Below, piece after piece: positions 14,381-27,442 of a stretch of DNA of 64,000 nucleotides. Position 1 is the stretch's first letter. Every line of letters begins with the position of its first letter. Made by a program: the position numbers and the translations under genes. Origin of the DNA: the human T2T-CHM13v2.0 reference genome, Homo sapiens; NCBI RefSeq assembly GCF_009914755.1, contig NC_060947.1; one strand, 5' to 3'. Below the pieces are notes generated by a model that made no database searches, was not told where the DNA came from, and was given only the letters and a program-made list of their open reading frames with translations.

Positions 14381-14810
14381 AGGAGGAGGAGAGAACGTTG
14401 GATCATAAGGAGAAAAGGTTGGCTCTCTGCCACTGCTTCAACCTGAGGTCTTCTTTCACTGTTGTGTATTTTGAACTTTTGTAAAAGATTTTCATGGGTA
14501 AAACATGCAAAATCACTGGTATGGTTAATAATCAAGTACCAAAATACTCAATCCCTCACCATGTTAGCTACCTAAAAATTCAATAGATTTGCATGCCTTT
14601 TTCATTTTTGATAACATTATATTGTTTTGGATGCGTCACTTACATATTACATTGTAAAATTCTGTGTCTTTCAAAGTGTGTTTCCACTGAACTGAAGGAT
14701 GATTCTAAACAGACTTAGAGCACTCTGTCTCCAGTACACAGAAAAATTCACAGACCTGCGCAATCTTTTGTATCTATTATCACAAACTTCACACTTATTT
14801 TTAAATATTA

Positions 14811-16048
<1,238 letters not shown>

Positions 16049-17037
16049 TAGAGAAGAATGCTTGAATTTCATTTCGTCTGAAAGAATAAGAATTGAATAA
16101 ACAAGGAGAAAAAATTCTAAACTAGCAAGGAAAACAAAAAGGTATACAAAATATAAAGAGTATAAATACTCTCAATTTTTTTTACCTGTTAGTTGTAGCT
16201 TATTTTTTCAAATTACACCAGCTAACTGTACTTAAAGTACTCAAAAAACCAAAAAACTAAAAAGAAAAAAGAAAACAACCTAGCTTTTCTTAAACTGACA
16301 AAAATGTTTTCCACATTCAGTCTTGGTTATCAAAATCTAAATGTACTTTATTATGTTAACTATTAAGCAAATCCAATGAAAGCAACTGCCTATAAGAAAA
16401 TACTTTACATTTTTGTTATAGGTTTGTTTTACATGAAAGTGTGCTGGTGTGGGTCTATGAACACACACATCCACAGGAATACATACATGCTGAACCCTGT
16501 TGAACACACAAGAGGCAAAATAAGTGAAATGCTGAGAATTCAGAAGCTTGTAGAGGTGACATAATTAGAGCCAGAAATTTTTTTTCCACATCTTGCTAAA
16601 CTCAAAAGGCCGTGAATCTTTAGAAGTACTTTTCTCGTCAAATGTATCATTAAGCAATCCATGGTCTGACTCTTCAAGGTCATCAAAATTGAAAGAGGCC
16701 TGGTCAGTGGGAAGACATCCATGTGTATGGTATAATCTTTCTGGAAAGATTGCAGTTGATTTTGTCTTCCGAAAAGTTTAAACTCTGTGCTTCCACCATA
16801 AACAAGTTATCACAGGTTTGCAGAATATTTACTTAGGTTAGACTGCTACATGGCTTAAAAGGTCTTAAAACTCACTGCTTCTTCAAGCTGTAGGACTTTT
16901 TCGTTACCCTCAGAGCAAGAAGAGGGAGTACGTTCCTCACTTCTAGGTTGTGAAGAATCCAAAGTGGAGACAGTGTGCCTGGCACTGGGACTCAATCTCC
17001 ATCACACGAAAAAATGAACAGCAAACTTTTTTGTAAT

Positions 17038-17262
17038 GCATTAGCAAACTTTTTCTCTAAAGCACTAGAGAGCAAAGATTTTAGGTTTTGTGGGCTAGAA
17101 AGTCTCTGCCACAACTATTCAACTCTACTGTTGAAGCACTAAAGCACCCATTGGTAATATGTAAATGAATGAGTGTAGATATGTTCTAGTAATAGTATCT
17201 TTGCAAAAACAATCAGCTAGTCAGGCCAGATTTGGCTCACAGTTTGTAGTTTGAAGACCACT
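17038..17262 (+). mobile_element. MER58A-like hAT-Charlie DNA transposon
   Basis: gcaaactttttc...ggccagatttggctcacagtttgtagtttg matches the recalled MER58 consensus. Confidence 0.75.
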
Positions 17263-17264
17263 TG

Positions 17265-17642
17265 TGATATGGTTTGGCTGAGTCCCCAACCAAATCTCAT
17301 CTTGAATTGCAGTTCCCATAATCCACACATGTCATAGAAGAGACCCAGTAGGAAGTGATTAAATCATGGGGGAGGTTTCCCCCATGCTGTTCTCGTGATA
17401 GTGGGTGAGTTATCACGTGATCTGATGGTTTTATAAGTGTTTGGCATTGCCCCTGCTAGCACTTTTTCTTCCTACTGCTTTGTGAAGAAGGTTCTTTGCT
17501 TCCCCATTGCCTTCTGCTGTGATTGTAAGTTTCCTGAGGCCTCCCCAGCCATGCTGAACCGTGAGTCAATTAAACCTCTTTCCTTTATAAATTACCTAGT
17601 CTTGGGTATATCCTTATAGCAGTATGGAAACGAACTAATACA
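17265..17642 (+). mobile_element. THE1D/MSTA-like solo LTR
   Basis: Starts tgatatggtttggctg and ends aactaataca, with TG...CA termini. Confidence 0.88.
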
Positions 17643-17950
17643 CCTTTTGTATATTCTATAGAGAGTTAGTAATCTTGTCATAGTGCCAACACTTGAATTT
17701 TTCATTATTGATTTTCAACCTCTCTCCACCCCTCTCTCTGCCTTTCTGTCTCTATTTGTCCTTGTATGCTTCACCAACTATATTTCAGTAAGTCTGCCAT
17801 TGATCAGGGGAGCAATCATTTCATACCAACAATAGCTGAGCATCTGATCATCAGAAGGTGCATTCTCTTTAAATGATTTAGAGAGCCTTGCTCTCTGATG
17901 TTTGTGGAAGAGTAAGAAGAAGTAATGAGGGCTGAATGGAGGACAAGGAG

Positions 17951-19991
17951 TGTATTAGTCAGTTCTCATGCTGCTGTTGAAGACTTACCCAAGATTGGGT
18001 AATTTATTTATTAAAAAGAGGTTTAATGGACTCACAGTTCTACGTGGCTGGGGAGGTCCACAATCATGGTGGAAGGAGAAAGGCATGTCTTACATGGCAG
18101 CAGGCAAGAGAGAATGAGAGCCAAGTGAGAGGGGAAACCCCTTATAAAGCCAGCAGTATTCATGAGACTTATGCACTACCAGACAAACAGTAAGGGGGTA
18201 ACCACCCCCATGATTCAATTATCTCCCACCAGGTCCCTCCCACAACACATGGGGATTATGGGAACTACAATTCAAAATGATATTTGGGTGGAGACACAAC
18301 CAAACTATATCATTCTTCTCCTGGAACCTTCCAAATCTCATATCCTCACATTTCAAAACCAATCATGCCTTCACAACAGTCCCCCAAAGCCTTAATTCAT
18401 CCCAGCATTAACTCAAAAGTCCAGAGTCCAAAGTCTCATCTGAGACAAGGCAAGTCCCTTCTGCCTATAAGCCTGTAAAATCAAAAGCAAGTTATTAACT
18501 TCCTGGATACAGGCATTGGGTAAATACACCTGTTACAAATGGAAGGAATTGGCCAAAACAAAAGGGCTACAGTCCCCATGCAAGTTCTGAAATCTAATAG
18601 GGCAGTCATTAAACCTTAAATTTCCAGGGGTCTCTGTGTGAGGGCTTTGACCCCACATTTCCCTTCCACACTGACCTAGCAGAGATTCTCAATGAGGGCT
18701 CCACCCCTGCAGCAAACTCTTTCCTAGATATCCAGGCATTTTCATACATCCTCTAAAATCTTGGCAGAGGTTCCAAAACCTCAATTCTAGACTTCTGTGC
18801 ACCTGCAGGCTCAACACCATCTGGAAGCTGCCAAGGCTTGGGGCTTGGCCCTCTGAAGCCACAGCCCAAGCTCTATGTTGGAGCCTTTTAACCATTGCTG
18901 GAGCTGAAACAGCTGGGATGCAGGGCACCATGTACAGAAGCTGCATAGAGTAGGGGGGCTCTGGGCCTGTCCCACAAAACCATTTTTTCCTCTTAGGCCT
19001 CCAAGCCTGTGATGGGAAGGGCTGCCATGAAGGTCTCTGACATGCTCTGGAGACATTTTCCCAGTGTCTTCGTGATTAGCATTTGGTTCCTAGTTACTTA
19101 AGCAAATTTCTGCAGCTGGCTTGAATTTCCTCCCAGAAAATTGGTTTTTCTTTTCTACTGCATCATCAAGCTGCAAATTTTTTAAACGTTTATGCTCTCT
19201 CACCTCTTGAATGCTCTGCTGCATAGAAATGTGTTCCACCAGATACCCCAAGTCATCTCTCTCAAGTTCAAAGTTCCACAGGTCACTAGACCAGGGGCAA
19301 AATGCCACCAGTATCTTTGCGTAGCAAGAGTGACATTTACTCCAGTTCCCAACAAGTTCCTCATCTCCATCTGAAACCACCTCAGCCTGGATTGTATTGT
19401 GCATCTCAGTATCAGCATTTTGGTCAAAGCCATTCAACAAGTCTCTAGGTAGTTCTTCCCACATCTTTCTGTCTGCTGAGCCCTCCAAGTTGCTAGAAAG
19501 TTTCAAACTTTTCCACATCTTTCTGTGTTCTGAGCCCTCTAAACTGTTCCAACCTCTGCCTGTTACCCAGTTCCAAAGTTGCTTCCACATTTTCAGATGT
19601 CTTTACAGCAGCACCCCACTCTACTGGTACTAATTTACTCTATTAGGTGGTTCTCACATTGCTAATAAAGACTGGGTCATCTGTAAAAAAAAAAAGAGGT
19701 TTAGTGAAATCACCGTTCCACATGGCTGGGAAGGCATCACGATCATGGTGGAAGGTGAAAGGCAAGTCTTACATGGCAGCACACAAGAGAGAATGAGAGC
19801 CAAATGAAAGGGAAAACCCCTTATAAAACCATCAGATCTCATGAGACTTATTCACTGTCACAAGAACAATATGGGAAAAACCAACCACATGATTCAATTA
19901 TCTACCACCAAGTCCCTCTCACAACACGTGGGAATTATGGGAGCTACAATTTAAGATGAGATTTGAGCAGGGACTCAGCCAAATCATATCA
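17951..19991 (-). mobile_element. Full THE1 (B/C-like) element: LTR 17951-18312, internal region 18313-19638, LTR 19639-19991
   Basis: Two THE1 LTRs flank a MaLR internal ORF remnant (ORF 19090-19590, WNWVTGRGWNSLEGSE..LWNFELERDDLGYL). Confidence 0.92.
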
Positions 19992-20659
19992 CAAGTGGTC
20001 TTCAAATTACAAACTGTGAACCAAATCTGGCCATATAAAGGAGGCTTGTTTTCTGGAGGAATGCATGTGTTCTACCTATCCGCCTTAGAGTTTTTTGATA
20101 TTATAGAGGTGTAGTCAACTACCCATGTAGTGTCATATGTTGAGCACTGCAAGACTTATTACAGAGTATTACCCTAGTCTTCTCACTTCTTAGCATCAAC
20201 TGTTCAAAAAAAAGTTCTGGACATGTGCTCTCTTTAATCATAAATATTGAAAATTTCCTCCTTCCACAACTTAATTAAAATGCACTTCTATAAGGATGTT
20301 GATTGACTCCACATAACTTAGCAAGGAGCAGAACTCCAAAGAAAAAAGACCAAGGACAGTGAAAATTTGATAGAGAAGAAAAATACAAAGCATAAAGTGA
20401 TTCCTAGGATGTCCTGGTAAAATTGTTGACTACTTCAGGCAGTCAAAGCTTATAATGAGTGTTTTAAGTGCCTGAAGGAATAAAATAAATTGCCTGGGGT
20501 AGCTTCTGCAGTGATGTTTTAACTATGAAAATGTGAGGAAAGAATGATGGCATATATAAGTTCAGTTTAAAAACTGATAATCAGGGTTTGCTCACCTACA
20601 GCCTATTTGTAACTATAATATCTGTTGAATGGTAGAAGAATAGTTGCAAATCCTCCTAT

Positions 20660-21130
20660 AAAATATCCTACTGCATGCCAGGCCACATGTCAAGTGCTCA
20701 AAGCATGCCAGTAAAAAAGACATACTGTCTCTCTGTACACATCTTGCTTTCTCATACTTGCTTTCTCTCCTAACAGACTATTAAAACATAGTGTCATAAG
20801 TGCTACAGTATAAATAAATTCAGTGTGTGCTAAATAAGCACATAAGAAGGACTCCTAACTCTCATTTAGGTTCAAGGAATGCGTCCTGGAATAAGTTTTA
20901 GTTAACATGAGACTTGAAATATACATATTTCAGATTGAAGGAATAGCAAGTTGACAAGATCTAAAGTTGAGAGAAGCATAGCACATTTTTGGAACCAAAG
21001 GAGGTTCAGTTTGTTTTCAGAAAGAGACAACAGTGGCTGCAGAGAGCAGTGAGACATAGGCACGCTGAAGTAGCAGCATGAGCCAGTTTGTTTAGGAATA
21101 TCAGCAGTTTGGAGTAAATATTGACCCTGA
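20660..21130 (-). mobile_element. L2 fragment
   Basis: Decayed L2-like purine-rich sequence. Confidence 0.45.
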
Positions 21131-22047
21131 CTGGTTTGCAAGCAAAATTGAACCCCACTCCTATTCCAGAAACCTCAAGAAATCCTCTATGGGATGGACT
21201 ACATAGCCAAGTGAAAGCAGTGAGTCAGTCTAATTTGGGCATAAATGTCAGTGTGATTTCATTTTCACCCTTATGCTCATGAGGCCTGAGGACATTCAGC
21301 TTATATAAGATTTATTTCTAGCCAGGGCAGCAGGACATTTGTGGGTCACATAAATATCCCTCACTGACCTTTCCCTATTTACAGTTGGGGGTTAAAAATA
21401 TAATTAACCACTGATGAAAAAGGACACCAAGTGAGTGTTTGATCACTAGTTGAGTGGGGAGCCAGGGGGAAATCTATCAAGCCCTGCAGCAAGGACAGTA
21501 CAGCTAAAGACCTTTACACAGGATTTCTGTTGATACATGACATGGTCAGGCCTTAGGGACTCCTGGAGTGCAAGGCTGATAGCTAATAGTAGCCTCCTCT
21601 TCTAGCTCAGGCATGTGCATGCACGGAATAAACACTTGTTATCCATAATTTCACATGTTGTGATTCTTACAGAATTTAGAGTCTCTGATTACAATTTTCT
21701 AAGAATACAGTATAATTAGCACTAAAAGTAGATTGAATATTATTCAATTGTCCATTATTCAGTGCCTCAAAATCGTTATATGTAAGCAGGAATTTTTCTT
21801 GGTTCTTTCACCTAGCTCAATATTTTTGTGTGTAGCTGCCCCAATGTGAGTTCTTCAGAACACTTATTTCATGAATTACCAGAATTACGTGATCAAGTTT
21901 ATTTGAGAAACAGTTAAACCATAGGTTTTGTCGTTGTTGTTGTTGTCTTATTTCTTATTGTAGAACTTCTGAGAGGCTTCAATATGCCAAGATGAATTCT
22001 GTATCTATGAAATAGGTCTACAGTATAAATCATCTGTTCCCCAGGTG

Positions 22048-22163
22048 ACCCTGAAAGTTTTATAAGAGCAGATATTGTGTTTGTCATTCATTGCTACATC
22101 CCCATATCCAATGCATTGCTTTGCACTTACTAGGCATTTTAAATGTTTGTAAAATGAATGAAA
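22048..22163 (+). mobile_element. L2 3' end
   Basis: Ends ...gcacttactaggcattttaaatgtttgtaaaatgaatgaa. Confidence 0.6.
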
Positions 22164-24289
22164 AGACATTTTAAGAGATAATATTCCATGGAAAACATTT
22201 TGTAAAGCACTTTGTAAATATATTAACCAAATATTTCTGTCAAATTCCAGCTAGCTTATTCCATCATGTCAAGTAGTACTACCGTTTTGCTAAAATGTGT
22301 ATTGATAGCACTTACAATGATGTTAGGAAAAGTCAAGATGTAATAGTGAGTATTGAAACAACAGGAAACTCTCAGAGAGAGGTTAGTGGATAAGAATCCT
22401 GCATAATTGGACTGTTTCAGCTAAACATTGTCTATAATTTTTACTCTGCTTCTAAAACATTTTTCAGTTGCTACGTATACATATAGTCAAAAATGCTACA
22501 TAATGACCACAGAGTGATTATTCTCAAAATTTTCTTGGGATATTTATAAAGTAAGTTTGTTTGGTTGGTTCTTTTAGAATTTAGTTGTTTCTCAAATGAA
22601 AAATAAATACATAAAATCTCCTTGGAATGAAGATATTTCATAAATAAATTGGATATGCATTCTGGATGACAGATGCTGACTTCAGAAACCTTTTGTCGCT
22701 TTTTACTGGAAGCACCATCTTGCAATGCACAATATGCTAATAAGTCCTTATATGATTAGAGGAATCGCTGCCAGTTATTGATGTGAACAGACAGCAATTG
22801 CTAATCCCAACGCCTAGTTGTTTAGATCATGAAATAAAAACCTTTTAATTAAACTCCATAGCCAATTTATAATCACCTATGCACAGGGCATTCCTGAAAA
22901 TTTTTGCTTTAAGCATTCAGTAAGTCCTTGGCATCTTGCCTTCTGTGATTACCCAGCTTAGGAATTCTACCACCATGAGTAAAATGCATGTGTACCCTAT
23001 TCTTTTTGACAGACTAGGGATAACAGATAGAAAAAGTGAGTCTTATTTTCTTTTCTCCAACTGTTAATCATGATCAGGCTTCAGTACCATGAGAAGTGTT
23101 CTATATATTTCACTGGGGAAATTAATAAATTCAGTGGTTTTCTTTTTTTCTTTTCTTCTCTATAAGTATTCAAGGATTCAAACAATTGTGTTGCTTGCTT
23201 GCTTGTTTATTTAAGTGATGCAGGCTAGGATAGAGAACAAAATGATAGCAGTAACAGTTGAGAAGATGAGGTTGACATTTTGTGCTAAGTATGAGACATA
23301 ATAGCTGAATGTGACCTTAAAGATTTTCAGATCTGTAAAGGATACACGGCCTTCAACATGGTGTCAACTGCAAATTTCTGTAGCTACCTAAAATACAGTT
23401 AAGCAAGATACTGAGGTGATCTGAGTGAAGTGGAAAAGATCGCCTTGATTAAAGTGCCTATTATGGCCTTACAGGGGGAACAGTATATTCCAAACCTATC
23501 ATATTGTAGTTATTGCAAGAATTGAACATGGGGTGGGGGGAGGGAAACGCAACAAGCTGTAAGTCTAAACTGTTGTAAGAATTATGGAGAAGATTATGTC
23601 TATGAAACAACACCAGCCTACTGAATAAACAAGTGTTATCTCTTTTCCACTGCTAGGCTTACTAAAGGTAAATGTGCTGTGGCAATAGGAATATGTTTAT
23701 GTGCACATGAAAAATCAATTACGAGCTAAAAATGTATCTTTAATACTTCTTAATATGCAGTGTTTGACACCCATCAGCCACAAGATATGCTAAGCATGGT
23801 TCACAACACCTCCTCAGAAATAGACAGCAATACAATAATAATAGGAGATGTCAATACCCCACCTTCAACAATGGATAGATCATACAGACAGAAAATCAAT
23901 AAGAAAATGGAGAACAGTGGGCTTGAATAACACTATAGACCATATAGACCTAATGAGACAGCCAGGTGGGAGGGGATCCCTGGCATAATTCCAACCAGCC
24001 TGCGCACTGGGAATGTGCACTGGGGTGGAGCCACAGAAGTTCATGCCACTTGCAGCGGGATGAGCCTGGCCTCTTCTTATCCCGTGTGAAACCTGGGATT
24101 CAAACTGTGAGGTGGGAAGCACACCAGAGGAACTCTGAGAGAGTCCCTGTTCCTCCCCATTTTTTTCCTTTTCACCCAATAAAACCCTGCTTCACTTACC
24201 CTTCAAACCATCGGTAAGCCTAAACGTTCATGGCCACAGGACAAGAACTCCATCTTTACCTGAACTAAGGAAAAGTCCTGCAACAATTT

Positions 24290-24307
24290 TGTCTCCCAAT
24301 GTGGGGC
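24290..24307 (+). promoter_or_regulatory. Primer-binding site, tRNA-Lys(CUU) type, degenerate
   Basis: tgtctcccaatgtggggc matches TGGCGCCCAACGTGGGGC at 15/18 and lies just after the 5' LTR. Confidence 0.7.
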
Positions 24308-25807
24308 TCCAGAAGCAGTGAATGAAATGCAAACAAAGATATCTTTTCTCCTCTCCCTTCTGAGCCTTTTCATCCTCGGGATTCTGAGGCTAGGGGAATT
24401 GCCCCTGCCTGCCACTGCTCCCGGGGGTCAGGGGCCTTTTCATGGTCTTTTTTTTTTTCCTTTTTCGGGATGGACCAGTGAGCTGCAGCTCCCTCCCACC
24501 CTCCCGTCCCTGCTGGGTCTGGGACGCATGGCCCAAGGGTCCCATACAGCCAGCTGGCTGGTTTCGAGCTACCTGCTGCCCTAGCCTTCTCCTTCCCTGT
24601 CTAAGGGATTGAGCTTCATTGGCCAGTAATTAAACTTTTCTCCCTGGTGGAGGAACCAGTTGCATAAGATAAGAGGTTCTTCCCCAGGCATTTTTAAACT
24701 TGTTTTTTCCCTTCTCCATTTTGTCAGCAGTTAACTTTTAAAGTTTTTTTTTCCTTTTAGAAGACGTCTTACTAGGTACCCCCCAACTATCACTGTTTGT
24801 ATTCTCTGCAAAGTTTTGGTTGTGAAATCAAGCCTTCATCTTGTTTTACATTCTGGGGGCATGGCTTGTAACTCTGGTGGCAAGGCTGTGTTTAGCAATC
24901 CTACTTTAAGGAATAAGTTCCTTTCTGGTTTGATATCTGCATGTTTTCTTAGCCCTGTCTCTTAAAGAACCCCACCCAGAGCCACAGAGGTTCATGCCAT
25001 TTGCAGTGGGTTTTCTCCTGCCTGTCTGTATAGTTATACGTGTGTTTGTATATGATGTCTGTAAAGAGATCTAATTAGTTTGGCCTAAAGAAAGACAAGC
25101 ACTTGGATCAAGTATTTTTTAAAGGGAAGATAAAAGCTGTGGTACCTTTCTGTTCATGTGACTTCAAGAAATAAAAGCAGCCTTAAAGATTATTGGTAAA
25201 ATGCAGATGTCATTAAAATGGAAATAGGTGAACTAACTTATGTAGGTTAGATGCAAGGTTTGCTAAATGTTTTGAGGTTACAAATTGCTTTTTGGGTTTT
25301 CAGAACCGTGTCTTGCTTGCTTCACAATGGGTAGGTCCTGGGGACATATAGAACTAACTGCATTCTTAATTACGCTGGAGTCAACCTTGGCTGCACTTAG
25401 CACACAATTAAAACAGCTGACCAGGTTTTACATTAAAGTTAAAAATTTCTAGGAGTTACCATTATAACATGTAATTGACACTACTAAAAATAGATTTACA
25501 TGCAAGGTGTGTAAGAACAGTAAAATTTGTTTTCTTTTTGGTAAAAGGTTATAAAAAAACATGAAATTGCAAATTTTTGCCTAGGGTTAAAGGATTGTTT
25601 TAAATAAGATAATAAAAAGCTGAAGGTTTGAACAAATGGTTAAAGAATTGTGGAAATTAATCTTGCAGAAGAGGTTCTCTATGTGAACATATTGAATAAA
25701 TTCCAAGAAGGTATTATGTAATTTTTCTGTAAATTGAGCATTGAAATAAAAACACAAGGTTTGCTTAAGGTGCTAAACTGTTCTTTGGCAAAATTTGTAA
25801 AGGGCTA

Positions 25808-27442
25808 AAACATGAAGGGATGACGAATTTTATCAAAGGCATTTTCTGCATCTATTAAGATGATCACTTGTTTTCTGTCATTGGTTCCGTTTATGTGATG
25901 GATTATACTTATTGATTTGGGTATGCTGAATAGTCTTTTATCCCAGGGATGAAGCCAACTTTATCATGGTGGATAAGCTTTTTGATGTGCTGCTGGATTT
26001 GGTTTGCCAAATTTCAGTATTTTATTGAGGATTTTCCCACTGATGTTCATCAGGGATATTGGCCTGAAGTTTTCTTTTTTTTTGTTGTGTCTCTGTCAGG
26101 TTTTGGTATCGGGATGATGCTGGCTTCATGAAATGAGTCAGGAACAAGTCCCTCCTTTTCAATTATTTGGAATAGTTTCAGAAAGAATGGCACCAGCTCC
26201 TCTTTGTACCTCTGATAGAATTTGGCTGTGAATGCATCTGGTCTCAGGCGTTTTATGGTTGGTAGGCTGTTAATTACTGTCTCGGTTTCAGAAATTAATA
26301 CTGATCTATTCAGGGATTTGACTTTTTCCTGGCTTAGTCTTGGGAGGGTGTATGTGTCTAGGAATTTGTCCATTTTTTCTAGATTTTCTAGTTTATTTGC
26401 ATAGAGGTGTTTATAGTATTCTCTGATGGTAGTTTGTATTTCTGTGGGGTCAGTGGTGATATCCCCTTTATAATTTTTTATTGTGTCCATTTGATTCTTC
26501 TCTTTTCTTCTTTATTAATCTAGCTAGCATTTTGTTAATTTTTTCAAGAAACAGCTCCTGGATTCATTGAGTTTTTGAAGGTTTTTTTTGCATCTATCTC
26601 CTTCAATTCTGCTCTAATCTTAGTTATTTCTTGCCTTCTGCTAGCTTTTGAATTTGCTCTTTTAATTGTGATGTTAGGGTGTAAATTTGAGATCTTTTTA
26701 GCTTTTTGATATGGACATTTAGTACTATAAATTTCCCTCTTAAGCCTGCTTTAGCTGTGTCCCAGAGATTCTGGTATGTTTTCTCTTTGTTCTCATTGGT
26801 TTCAATAAACTTCTTGATTTCTGCCTTAATTTTATTATTTACACAGGAGTCATTCAAGAGCAGGTTGTTCAATTTTCACGGAATTGTGTGGTTTTCAGTG
26901 AGTTTTTTAATCCTGAGTTCTAATTTGATTTCACTGTGGTCTGAGAGACTGTTTGCTATGATTTTGGTTCTTTTGCATTTGCTGAGGAATGTTTTACTTC
27001 AAATTATGTAGTAGATTTTACAATATGTGCCATGTGGCACTGAGAAGAATGTATATTCTATTGATTTGGGATGGAGAGTTTATTAGATGTCTATTAGGTT
27101 CACTTGATCCAGAGCTGAGTTCAAGTCCTGAATATCCTTGTTAATTTTCTGTCTCGTTGATCTGTCTAATATTGACAGTGGGGTGTTAAAGTCTCCCACT
27201 ATTATTGTGTGGGAGTCTAAGTCTCTAGTAACTTGTTTTATGAATCCAGGTGTTCCTGTATTGGGTGCATATATATTTAGGATAGTTAGCTCTTCTTGTT
27301 GAATTGATCCCCTTACTATTATGTACTGCCCTTCTTTGTCTTTTTTTATCTTTGTTGGTTTAAAGTCTGTTTTATCAGAGGCTAGGATTGCAACCCCTGC
27401 TTTTTTTGCTTTCCATTTGCTTGGTAAATTTTCCTCTAGCCC
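25808..27442 (-). mobile_element. Internal L1PA ORF2 fragment (EN to pre-RT) inside the MER61 internal region
   Basis: ORFs 26050-26490 and 26624-26872 are L1 ORF2p. Flanked by ttgtaaagggcta and ttgtaaatggtta. Confidence 0.9.

Noticed and set aside
19445-19545. About 55-bp duplication in the THE1 internal region
   Set aside because: I recall similar duplications in other THE1 copies, so it is probably inherited from the family.
19090-19590. 166-aa ORF as a gene
   Set aside because: It is the standard THE1/MaLR internal ORF remnant.
23318-23385. Minus-strand exon candidate with a good acceptor
   Set aside because: Stops in all frames and a weak donor.
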